From a virus: a stretch of DNA of 64,000 nt. The stretch lies in the IMG/VR virus record IMGVR_UViG_3300020196_000003; one strand, written 5' to 3'. Made by a program: the position numbers and the translations under genes. A model generated the notes under the pieces. That model saw only the letters and a program-made list of their open reading frames with translations. It ran no database searches and was not told the DNA's origin. This document shows positions 39,048-48,171 of the stretch, piece by piece; within the stretch, counting starts at the first letter, position 1, and each line of letters begins with the position of its first letter.

Positions 39048-39790
39048 TAGTAGTAAATGAAACTGAAATTATAAACAAAAAGAAAAAGAAAGGTAGAAAA
39101 CCAAAAGTTAATAATTATTTTGATGAAAGAGAGGAGACGGCAGTTAGAAATTTTTTAGTCGCCGAAACTTACGATGAAAAAAACAAAATTTATAACGATT
39201 ATTTAAGAGTACCTTTAGACAAAATGATATCTTCAATTATTAGAAGATATAAATTGTATAGGAAGGATATGAACTACGAAGAAATACACGTAGATACACA
39301 TTCTTTTTTGATGACTAAAATTGAAAAATTTAAACCTTCAAAAGAAAAAAAGGCATATTCTTATTTCGGAACTATTTGTAAAAACTATTTGATGGGACAA
39401 ATAATGAAAGATCAAAAAGAAACAAATAGAAAAATATCATACGAGGATATTTCTAGTGATTTATCAAACAAAAGTGAAATGTCTTATTCAATTGATAATT
39501 ATGACTTGAGTTCAGAAACTATCATTAAAAAGTTTTTAGAAAAATTAAAGAATAATTTGGAAAATCAAGAAATCAATGAACAAGAATATAAATTAGGTTC
39601 AGCAATTTACGATCTATTTGAAAATTACAATCAAATTTTTCATGACACCTCAAACAATAAATTTAATAAAAATTTAATTCTTTTTGAACTCAGAGAAATG
39701 ACAAATCTTTCTACTAAAGAAATCAGAACTTTGATTAAAAAATATAAAAAATTGTATTATGATTTAATCCAAGAATTACTTAAAGATTAA
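39044..39790 (+). CDS. gp55-like late transcription sigma factor
   Basis: Sigma region-2-like KIEKFKPSKEKKAYSYFGTICKNYL, resembling the T4-like gp55 FD..K...F.YFT.I..N motif. Confidence 0.65.
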   Translation: MIVVNETEIINKKKKKGRKPKVNNYFDEREETAVRNFLVAETYDEKNKIYNDYLRVPLDKMISSIIRRYKLYRKDMNYEEIHVDTHSFLMTKIEKFKPSKEKKAYSYFGTICKNYLMGQIMKDQKETNRKISYEDISSDLSNKSEMSYSIDNYDLSSETIIKKFLEKLKNNLENQEINEQEYKLGSAIYDLFENYNQIFHDTSNNKFNKNLILFELREMTNLSTKEIRTLIKKYKKLYYDLIQELLKD

Positions 39791-39801
39791 TATTTATTAT
39801 T

Positions 39802-40173
39802 ATGCCCCGACCAACAAAAAAAGAAATTAATTTATCAAAAGAATCAATGTTGTCTTTGATGCAAGAAATTTATAACGAACTTGTAGAACAAAGAAGTACT
39901 GCGATTAGAATACAAAACAAAATGTTAACAATGATGAAAGAACCTGAAGATATGACTGTGATAGGTCCTGTGATTGAAAAACAACAAAAAATCATAAATG
40001 ATTGTGTTGAGAAAAAACTAACTTTGTCAAAATTACAAGCGCAAATGTGGCAAAAATCCACAGACAAAGAAGAAGATTTTACTCTGTCAGATATAGACAT
40101 GAATGATCTTGCAATCCAAAGTTTATTACAAAAAGATATCAATACGGACTCAAATTATAAAATGAAAAAATAA
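39802..40173 (+). CDS. hypothetical coiled-coil protein
   Basis: 123 aa; TATTTAT at 39791-39797. Confidence 0.7.
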   Translation: MPRPTKKEINLSKESMLSLMQEIYNELVEQRSTAIRIQNKMLTMMKEPEDMTVIGPVIEKQQKIINDCVEKKLTLSKLQAQMWQKSTDKEEDFTLSDIDMNDLAIQSLLQKDINTDSNYKMKK

Positions 40174-40179
40174 TGTTTT

Positions 40180-42099
40180 ATGGCAGTAGATATAAATGAA
40201 GAGTTAAAAAAGGCTGAAAATAAATCAGGCGTATATAAAAAATACAAAGAGTATAAAAAAGGGTATGAAGACCTAAAAAAAAAGGTTGGAAGTTCACAGG
40301 AAACTAGTAACAATTTTTTGAAAAAACCTTTGAATGATTTCACGGCTTGGAAAAAAAAACATGAAGCTAATGCTAAAACTTTTTTGGATGAACTAATAAA
40401 ACAATTGAAACAACTCAAAGGTTCTGGTGTTGAATCAGATAAGTTGATCAAAAGAATATTTATCAATTCTTTAAAAAAAATCAAACCTCAGATAAAAAAT
40501 CTCATTATCGATGAAGCGATCAAAGCATTAGGATGTAGTAACATAACTTTAACGATACCATCAACATACTACGTACCTGTTAAGTCTGTAGATTTATTTG
40601 GATCTTTTGAATTACCGCCGACCGACAAAATTGGAAAATTTTTCTATGAACAAAATGAAATTTCATACAACGAATATCCATTTTCGATGAATAGAGAACT
40701 ATATAATAGAATTCAAAATCTAAATCAACCATATTCTGCTGTTGCGAACAACAACTATTTAGGTCTATCTCAACAAGGTATTTTTGATATAACCTATGTT
40801 GAAAGCTACGTTGATCCCATATCTCTACAACCAATACAAGGTAGTTTTTTTAAAGTGGATATAAGTACAAGATTAGGAGTACCGGCCGTTGATAAATTGT
40901 TGTCAGATTATTACGAATCAATTGACATTTTAGATTATAAACAATTTTTTACAAATTTAGTAGATTATGTTACAGGAGTAATTTCTTTCGGAAGAGGTGA
41001 CGGAAATTTAAAACTTAGTTCTATACAAAAAGTTTTAATTATTATGCAAAGAATATTAGGATTATGTTCTGATTCAAATAAAGAAATTAATGTCGGATCG
41101 TCTTCTAAAATATCTGAGGTTGATAATGTTGACGAATCTTTTTATGAATTTAACAACATTGACCTTAGAATTATAGAACAAAATATTTCTGATATAAAAT
41201 TAGGTGTAATCGAATACGAAGAGTGTGATAAAATTAAATTTCCTCTTAACCTTGAGGCGGTTTTGACCGCCTTAGATGAATTAACTTTCAACGAAGATAC
41301 CACAGACGTAAATGAAATAGAGGCAGCCTCAGGTATTATTTATCCCGCTACAGATGACACTTTTAAACTTTCTTTAGATGCAGGATTTTTTCAACAATTT
41401 ATTAAAGCGTTAGTTAATTCTGTGTTATCGCCAAAGAATGTTTTACCTATTATGACAGTTGCCGCAATGTTTAATCAACCTATTTATAAAGAAATTTCTA
41501 ATATTGAGGACTTTCAAAAAAAATTCAGAACATTTTTTAACGAATTCATGACTAAGATTACGGCAATTTTTACCAAAGAAGTTTTCAATGAACTTAAAAA
41601 AGAAATAAAAGCATTAGTGAAGTTGTTATTGGAAGACATAGGTACAGAGAAATCAAATAAAAAATATCGAATGATATTAGCAATTGCCGCTGTTATACCA
41701 GGACTATTAGTAATTGCAAAAGATTTCAGAGAATGTAGAAGTGTTTTAGATGAATTGTTACAATTGTTGAATATAGGTATAAAAAAAGGATTGGATGCTA
41801 TAGCTGCCAAGGGTGGTGATTTACCACTTCCTTTATTATTGTCGGCAAAAATTTTGGATGGATATTCACCAACAAGAGCATTTCTAAACGTTATAGAAAA
41901 TTTAGAAGAAATAGGAGTTCCTACTGGACCTATGCCAGATGGTAGCCCAAACGAATTTTTAGCGTCAATCAAAGCAATTATTGATGGAAACGCTAAAGAA
42001 ATCGAAGAAAACAGTAAAGTAGCAATCGGTATTGGACCATTAACCATAACACCAGCAGGTGTTACCACACCATCAGATGCATATGGAAAGTTTTTTTAA
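40180..42099 (+). CDS. hypothetical protein, probably structural
   Basis: 639-aa ORF in a late operon upstream of the spike-like gene. Confidence 0.65.
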   Translation: MAVDINEELKKAENKSGVYKKYKEYKKGYEDLKKKVGSSQETSNNFLKKPLNDFTAWKKKHEANAKTFLDELIKQLKQLKGSGVESDKLIKRIFINSLKKIKPQIKNLIIDEAIKALGCSNITLTIPSTYYVPVKSVDLFGSFELPPTDKIGKFFYEQNEISYNEYPFSMNRELYNRIQNLNQPYSAVANNNYLGLSQQGIFDITYVESYVDPISLQPIQGSFFKVDISTRLGVPAVDKLLSDYYESIDILDYKQFFTNLVDYVTGVISFGRGDGNLKLSSIQKVLIIMQRILGLCSDSNKEINVGSSSKISEVDNVDESFYEFNNIDLRIIEQNISDIKLGVIEYEECDKIKFPLNLEAVLTALDELTFNEDTTDVNEIEAASGIIYPATDDTFKLSLDAGFFQQFIKALVNSVLSPKNVLPIMTVAAMFNQPIYKEISNIEDFQKKFRTFFNEFMTKITAIFTKEVFNELKKEIKALVKLLLEDIGTEKSNKKYRMILAIAAVIPGLLVIAKDFRECRSVLDELLQLLNIGIKKGLDAIAAKGGDLPLPLLLSAKILDGYSPTRAFLNVIENLEEIGVPTGPMPDGSPNEFLASIKAIIDGNAKEIEENSKVAIGIGPLTITPAGVTTPSDAYGKFF

Positions 42100-42319
42100 T
42101 ATTGAAGATAAAAGAATAAAGGCAAATGAAGTTCTTAAAATTATTAAAGAGCATAAAGACAGATCGAACAGAGATTTGCAAATTGCCATGGAATTTATAA
42201 GTGAGGATCACAAAGTCACCAAAGAATCTATAATTAAGTTAACACACCATTTGGACGCTTTGGAAAACACTTATAATGTTATACATAAAGAATATACAGA
42301 AAGAACAAAGGTCATATGA
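42079..42319 (+). CDS. hypothetical protein (start approximate, near MESFF)
   Basis: ORF track 42059..42319; coupled to the next gene. Confidence 0.55.
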
Positions 42320-43869
42320 TAGACGATAAAAGAATGATTTTCCAAGGTTATGTAATAAATAACCAAGATCCTTTAATGTTAGGTCGTATAAGAGCCTTAC
42401 CAATCGATCAAGTTGAGTCCGATATTTTACCCATAGATTTCAATCCTGAAAAAGATATTTGGACTGAAAAAGATCCTCTAATTTTTCTTCCTTTACTACC
42501 TTATTATATAAGTCAAATTCCAAAAATTGATGAGTATATTCACATTTTTTATCACAACACAGAAATGGTTGTTGACAATTCTAAATTTTATATTCAAGGA
42601 CCTATTACTAGACCCCAAAATAACTTTTTTGAATCTTGGCATAATTCAGAATCAATGTTAGCTAGTGGAGTTTTTTTAAAAAAAGCAAATAACATCAAAG
42701 ACCCGTTAAGTTTTGAAATCAAAGCTGAAGCAAAAGGGATTTATCCTGAACCAGGAGATAATGCTTTACTTGGAAGAGGGACCTCTGATGTTATTGTTAA
42801 ACAAGAAGAAGTGTTAATTAGAGCAGGAAAAAATATACCAACACAAACTGCAGGATTTAATTTACCAACACCTAGACTTAATCGAGCATTTGTCCAACTT
42901 TCAAACTTCGAACTCGAAAGAGGTGAAAGACCTCCCAAAAAAGTTACTGAATTAATTAATAAAGCTTTGGCGGTCAAAAAATTAATCGAGTGGGAAATTA
43001 CAAATGAAAACAGTATTACAGGTCTAACACAAAATAATTCAGTAACAGGTGTGACATATTATGATGGTAATATTAAATTATATTCTTTACTACCTAAATC
43101 AAAGGTAACAACAATTGATATTCACATGAACACACCTTTAGATGATTCTAAAGCGGGGCCAGAGTATGAATTGTTTTTTACTGGTCAAACTTTAGAGGAA
43201 GGTGTAAAAATTATCAATCAATTTATTTCGGGGGTAAATAATGGAAAAATCAATGTTCAAAATTATGAACAATATCCTTTCGATAGTAGTTTACAGATTT
43301 CAAGACAATTTCCCTTTTATTTTAGACCTTCAAAAAATAACGTTGATAAGCTTAGTTCGACAGGATCAACTGACTTTAACATGGTGAATAATTTTTTTAC
43401 ACAAATAAAATTGCTACCATCAAATAAAGAATATGGAAGTGTTTTAGTTTGGACAAAAAATATTGTGGGCCAACAACTTACAGTTCAAACAAATACACTT
43501 GATCAAAATGTTTACACATCAAATCCAATATCCTTCGGAACAATGGTCGCAGACACACTATATCTTCTTTCCCATAAAACAGATATCCCTTCCAAAAGAA
43601 AAATTGTTTTAGAACCGAAAAAAACTTTATATGGTATTCCACAACCTTTCTTCAACGAAATTATAAGTAAAAACACAGATCCTATGGTAAGAGGAAATGA
43701 ACTTATGAAATTATTAACTCTTATTGTTGATTTTTTAGAGTCACATGTTCATAACATAAATAAAGCGCCAATACCAGTTGCTGTCGATGGAACAAAGATA
43801 GAAGAAATAAGAAATATTTTGCAAAATTCTAGTAACACAATATTAAATCAAAGAATACGACTTAATTGA
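42316..43869 (+). CDS. gp5-like baseplate hub/spike protein
   Basis: N-terminal OB-fold GYVINNQDPLMLGRIRA; C-terminal RGNEL...ESHVH (HxH spike tip). Confidence 0.65.
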   Translation: MIDDKRMIFQGYVINNQDPLMLGRIRALPIDQVESDILPIDFNPEKDIWTEKDPLIFLPLLPYYISQIPKIDEYIHIFYHNTEMVVDNSKFYIQGPITRPQNNFFESWHNSESMLASGVFLKKANNIKDPLSFEIKAEAKGIYPEPGDNALLGRGTSDVIVKQEEVLIRAGKNIPTQTAGFNLPTPRLNRAFVQLSNFELERGERPPKKVTELINKALAVKKLIEWEITNENSITGLTQNNSVTGVTYYDGNIKLYSLLPKSKVTTIDIHMNTPLDDSKAGPEYELFFTGQTLEEGVKIINQFISGVNNGKINVQNYEQYPFDSSLQISRQFPFYFRPSKNNVDKLSSTGSTDFNMVNNFFTQIKLLPSNKEYGSVLVWTKNIVGQQLTVQTNTLDQNVYTSNPISFGTMVADTLYLLSHKTDIPSKRKIVLEPKKTLYGIPQPFFNEIISKNTDPMVRGNELMKLLTLIVDFLESHVHNINKAPIPVAVDGTKIEEIRNILQNSSNTILNQRIRLN

Positions 43870-43889
43870 TATTTATTATAAAAAGATAA

Positions 43890-45356
43890 ATGTCAATTAA
43901 TAACTCTTATTTTAGTAGAAATAATACAATAGTATTCAACAGTTATGTAAATACAGGTAGGAACCCTGTTACGCAACTTTATTATGGGGATGGTGGTTTA
44001 GTAAATCCAATAGGGTATTCAAGGTTTATTTTTGATTTAGATTTGGAGCTATTGAGAGAAAAGTTATTCACAGGTGTAATCTCCACAGGTTGTACAAACA
44101 ACATGAGACACATTTTAAAAATGACAAATACTTCATCATTCGATAATGAACTTTTGAATACGTCTATGCCTGATGGGAGTTTGAGAGCGACTTCTTTTGA
44201 TTTGATCCTTTTTAGAATACCACCGAAAGATTTTGATCAAACAAGACCACAATATTGGGATGAAGGTGTTGGTTATGATTTTTATGATGTACCAAATCAA
44301 ATGATACCAAACAAATATTATTCCAACAGACCATCGAATTGGTATCAAACAACAACAATAGAAAATTGGGAACAATCTGGAGTTTATGACAACATGAATA
44401 TTGGACCTATACCCTTTTCTTCGTTGACAATTGTAGATATACAACATTTTGAATTCGGTAATGAAGACATCGAATTTGATATGACACAAGAAATCAATGA
44501 TTTATTAAACGGAGACTACATAAATCCTACAGGTTGGGGAATCGCATATCTTCCAGATGTTGAAAATCTTGTAGGGACAAGTGGAATTTATTCTGTAGGT
44601 TTTTTTACAAGACATACCCAAACTTTTTATGAACCCTATTTACAAACAACTTATGATGATTTAATTGAAGATGATAGAAATAACTTCACATTGGGAACTG
44701 CCAATAAATTATACCTATACATTTACGAAGATGGGGATTTCAAAAATTTAGATCAAACACCATTAGTAACCATTTCCGATTCATCGGGAACTGCAATACC
44801 TGGTTTAATAAACTTAATTTCCTGTTTGAAAACAAAAGGAGTTTATGAAGTTGAAATTCCGCCGCTAATTGGTTACAAAACACCTTGTTTATTTACGGAC
44901 ACATGGTCATATATAAAACTTAATGGATTTTCATTACCCAATCAAATTAATGAATTTACTGTATATCCGTTGAAAAAATCAATCCAAATTGGAACGTCAA
45001 CAAATGATCCTTCTCAATATGGATTTAGTTATTACGGATTAAAACAAAATGAAAAAATCTTAAATACAGATGTTAGAAAAGTTGGGGTTATAATAAAACA
45101 GGCCTATACAACAAATAAACAACTTCCCAACGTAGATGGTCAATATAGAGTGTATGTTAGAGAAGGTCAAACTGAAGTTATTGTTCAAGATTGGACTTCA
45201 TTGAATAGAACACCAAATGAGTATTATTTCATTTTTGATACAAGAGATAAAATACCAAATATGTATTTTGTTGATATCAAGGTAACGACCTCAGGTCAAG
45301 TAAATGTTTATAAACAACAAATTAATTTTCAAATCGTAAACGAGAAAACAGAATAA
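43890..45356 (+). CDS. putative virion structural protein
   Basis: 488-aa beta-rich ORF; TATTTAT at 43870-43876. Confidence 0.6.
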   Translation: MSINNSYFSRNNTIVFNSYVNTGRNPVTQLYYGDGGLVNPIGYSRFIFDLDLELLREKLFTGVISTGCTNNMRHILKMTNTSSFDNELLNTSMPDGSLRATSFDLILFRIPPKDFDQTRPQYWDEGVGYDFYDVPNQMIPNKYYSNRPSNWYQTTTIENWEQSGVYDNMNIGPIPFSSLTIVDIQHFEFGNEDIEFDMTQEINDLLNGDYINPTGWGIAYLPDVENLVGTSGIYSVGFFTRHTQTFYEPYLQTTYDDLIEDDRNNFTLGTANKLYLYIYEDGDFKNLDQTPLVTISDSSGTAIPGLINLISCLKTKGVYEVEIPPLIGYKTPCLFTDTWSYIKLNGFSLPNQINEFTVYPLKKSIQIGTSTNDPSQYGFSYYGLKQNEKILNTDVRKVGVIIKQAYTTNKQLPNVDGQYRVYVREGQTEVIVQDWTSLNRTPNEYYFIFDTRDKIPNMYFVDIKVTTSGQVNVYKQQINFQIVNEKTE

Positions 45357-45381
45357 TTAGATATTTATAAAAAAAAATATT

Positions 45382-45771
45382 ATGCCATTTCAAAATTTTG
45401 AGTTATGTGATCAATCGGGAGTTTTTGTTCAAGTCGACGATAATGATGCAACTTTAGTTACAGGTGACACGTATTCCGTAATAGATGGTTCTACAGGTGC
45501 AATATATTGTGCCACTTTTGTTGGGGGTGCTCCATCGGGACCTGAATATACTTTAGGAACTTTATTTGATTCTTGTATTTCTTGTAATTCTAGTATTCCA
45601 TTTTCCGCAGGAACAGAATACAAAGGTTGTGTTATCTGTTGTCCATGTGGAACAGGAACAACCGTAAATGAAGTAACATTACCACACCCAGAATGGACAG
45701 GGTTATATGGAAATCCAATTACACAGTTAGATGCAGTTCAATTAGGAGGACAAAACGGATTATACATGTGA
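45382..45771 (+). CDS. small Cys-rich hypothetical protein
   Basis: CISC and CVICCPC; TATTTAT at 45362-45368. Confidence 0.65.
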   Translation: MPFQNFELCDQSGVFVQVDDNDATLVTGDTYSVIDGSTGAIYCATFVGGAPSGPEYTLGTLFDSCISCNSSIPFSAGTEYKGCVICCPCGTGTTVNEVTLPHPEWTGLYGNPITQLDAVQLGGQNGLYM

Positions 45772-45776
45772 AGATT

Positions 45777-46235
45777 ATGAAAAATTTAAATTATATTATT
45801 AGAAAAGTTTTATTAGAAACACACGACGAACAACATTCCTCGAGATATATGTTTTTTTCCAATTTGGAACAAATGAGAAGACAATGTGATCTATTATTAG
45901 ATTTGGATCAAAACATGATTGACGAAATTTTAGAAAACGGTCATGATTGGGCTCAAGATCACGTCAGTGAAGCAAAAAACAACATGGATCAAGTTTTTGA
46001 TTTTTTGATGAATCAGACCAATTCAGAACACCATGAAGACAATATGTATGACGATATGATGATGGAAGGTAGGAAAAAAACTGGAACAAAATTATGTGCT
46101 AGAGGTATTGCATCTGCCAAAGCAAAATACGACGTATATCCAAGCGCATATTCAAATGGTCACGCTGTCCAAGTCTGTAAAGGGAAAATTAAAGGACTTG
46201 ACGGAAAAAGAAGGTGTTCAGGAGCGTTTTGTTAA
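45777..46235 (+). CDS. putative head-internal protein
   Basis: Start reassigned to ATG 45777 (MKNLNYIIRKVLLE); C-terminal AKAKYDVYPSAYSNG motif. Confidence 0.6.
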   Translation: MKNLNYIIRKVLLETHDEQHSSRYMFFSNLEQMRRQCDLLLDLDQNMIDEILENGHDWAQDHVSEAKNNMDQVFDFLMNQTNSEHHEDNMYDDMMMEGRKKTGTKLCARGIASAKAKYDVYPSAYSNGHAVQVCKGKIKGLDGKRRCSGAFC

Positions 46236-46396
46236 TGAACTAATCCTAATTAGTTTTATTTTATATTCATTTCGATATTTGTAGAACAAACATAAACTAC
46301 AAATAAATGAAAAAAGAAGAAACAAAAGTGAAATCGAAGTAAAAACAATATAAAAAATTCTTTGGATTATATTTTAAAAAAAAAATTAATTCTAAT

Positions 46397-47164
46397 CTAA
46401 GAAGATTTAAGTTTTTGAATAATTGACAGTACCGTGGTATCTTCTTTTATATTCTTTTTTGGTTTATAAGAAGTCATCACAGGTTTTTGTCCTTTACCTT
46501 GTTGTGGATCTTTTTTTTCGGCTCTTCTTTTTTGAGCACAAGCACTCCTTTTTTGTGAGTCAGACATTTTACCAGCAACTCCCGCAGCTCTACACTTAGG
46601 ATAAGAACCCTTAGAAGTATCACTTCGTCCACAGGGAGGATGCTTACCGTCGACTTTACGACAAATATCTACCCAAGGACCACTTGGTTGAGAAGATCCT
46701 TTGGGTTTCTTCTTTTTACCAAACCATACGGCCAAATCTTCGTTTATTAAACCTTTGTCTGAAACTTCCACCCACTCATTAAAAGGGACCTTTTCTATAA
46801 ATGGCGCCAATTTCCTATTATGATCAGGACTTTTACCATCATACATAAATTGATTCACAGGGTTTCCATCTTGATCTGAAAAGGTTGAGTAAGGGTGGGA
46901 TTTGATGTAATTCTGTATTTTTGAAGCGACTTTTTCCAACTCTATAATTTGATCTTTTTTTAGGTCAAACTTGTGGTCATAACTATCATATTGGACAAGT
47001 GGGCTTTTGAAATTAGATACAGACTTGTCAAATGGTCCCAAACTCGATTTTTTCCATGGTCTAAGACCTGGTTGCACGGGAGGTATATAACTTCCCCGAC
47101 TTCCCGTAGCGTCACTCGTCGCCTCTCTAATTACCTTAGATATAATTTTATTTAGATTTTTCAT
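46397..47164 (-). CDS. putative head-internal basic protein
   Basis: MKNLNKIISKVIRE leader; WF...WVDIC...PCGR...YPKC motif. Confidence 0.6.
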   Translation of the reverse strand: MKNLNKIISKVIREATSDATGSRGSYIPPVQPGLRPWKKSSLGPFDKSVSNFKSPLVQYDSYDHKFDLKKDQIIELEKVASKIQNYIKSHPYSTFSDQDGNPVNQFMYDGKSPDHNRKLAPFIEKVPFNEWVEVSDKGLINEDLAVWFGKKKKPKGSSQPSGPWVDICRKVDGKHPPCGRSDTSKGSYPKCRAAGVAGKMSDSQKRSACAQKRRAEKKDPQQGKGQKPVMTSYKPKKNIKEDTTVLSIIQKLKSS

Positions 47165-47199
47165 TGAATAACATTTATAAATATCTTATAATTATAAAT

Positions 47200-47412
47200 A
47201 TGAATGAAGAAAAAGAAATTTATGGTAACCTTTTTGGGTCAATAGAACTTTTGAGTGAGGAACATTTAGAGGCAATTTTAGTGTCTATGGATAAGGATTT
47301 AGCAAATTATTATATAATTGAATCTGTTAAATTGGCCTACAGGAAAGGGGTTTATACAATTGGTGAAACAGAAGTTATTTCTAAAGCAATTAGAACTATG
47401 TTAAGACAATAA
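47200..47412 (+). CDS. hypothetical protein
   Basis: ATG 47200 in frame with ORF 47164..47412. Confidence 0.55.
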   Translation: MNEEKEIYGNLFGSIELLSEEHLEAILVSMDKDLANYYIIESVKLAYRKGVYTIGETEVISKAIRTMLRQ

Positions 47413-48084
47413 TTTATTTGATTTTTTAATATTGTCAACACCCCACATAGGTTGTAAATTACCTAATGACCAACAATTCATAAACGCTTCATCGCCTATT
47501 TCTAAAATCATAAACGATGAAATGGGTTTAACGTGGTCAACGTGCCATTCACCGTAGTTATCCCACGACATATTTTCACTGAATCTATCTTCCAAATGAG
47601 ATATAAGTTGCTCGGGAGTATATTTTAGAATGTCAAAATAATGTCCGTTTTTATTTATGTCGTTTTCTTTAAGAACTTGATAAATAGCAGTTCTGAAATT
47701 GTTTATTAATTTATAGAGGGGGTCTCTTGATTTACGATTTCTTTCGTAATTTCTTTTATTTTCCCTATGTCTTTCAATATTTTTTTTTCTCCATTTTTGA
47801 TGATACTCATTAAGATGTTCTCTATTTTTTTCAGACCATTTTTTGTAATAAATTAATTTCTTTTCTTTGTGTTTTTGGTAGTTTCTTTTATCAGATGCAC
47901 TTTTACCCCCTTTATATTTTCTTCCAGATGACCCAATCTTAACATTATTTTCTTTTAAAATTCTTAACACTATATGTTTTTTTATATCTAATTTTTCAGA
48001 TATAGAAGGACTACCCAAATATTCTTCATTATAAAGTCTTATAATTTCACATTCTAAATCCTTATCAATAATTATTTTTTTCAT
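47401..48084 (-). CDS. free-standing HNH (homing-type) endonuclease
   Basis: WDNYGEWHVDHVKPIS...NLQPMW..DNIKKSNK; basic N-terminal DNA-binding region. Confidence 0.8.
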   Translation of the reverse strand: MKKIIIDKDLECEIIRLYNEEYLGSPSISEKLDIKKHIVLRILKENNVKIGSSGRKYKGGKSASDKRNYQKHKEKKLIYYKKWSEKNREHLNEYHQKWRKKNIERHRENKRNYERNRKSRDPLYKLINNFRTAIYQVLKENDINKNGHYFDILKYTPEQLISHLEDRFSENMSWDNYGEWHVDHVKPISSFMILEIGDEAFMNCWSLGNLQPMWGVDNIKKSNKLLS

Positions 48085-48121
48085 ATAATATAAATATAAC
48101 GTAGAACCTATTATTATAAAT

Positions 48122-48152
48122 AAAAAAAGGTCAGATTTCTCTGACCTTTTTT
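48122..48152 (-). terminator. bidirectional rho-independent terminator after the capsid gene
   Basis: AAAAAAAGGTCAGA-TTTC-TCTGACCTTTTTT. Confidence 0.85.
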
Positions 48153-48171
48153 CTTATAAAACTTTAATTGA

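Noticed and set aside
46270-46396. Short ORF MKKEETKVKSK* after a GATATTTG Bacteroidota-like promoter element
   Set aside because: Too short and AT-rich to support; possibly a decayed gene
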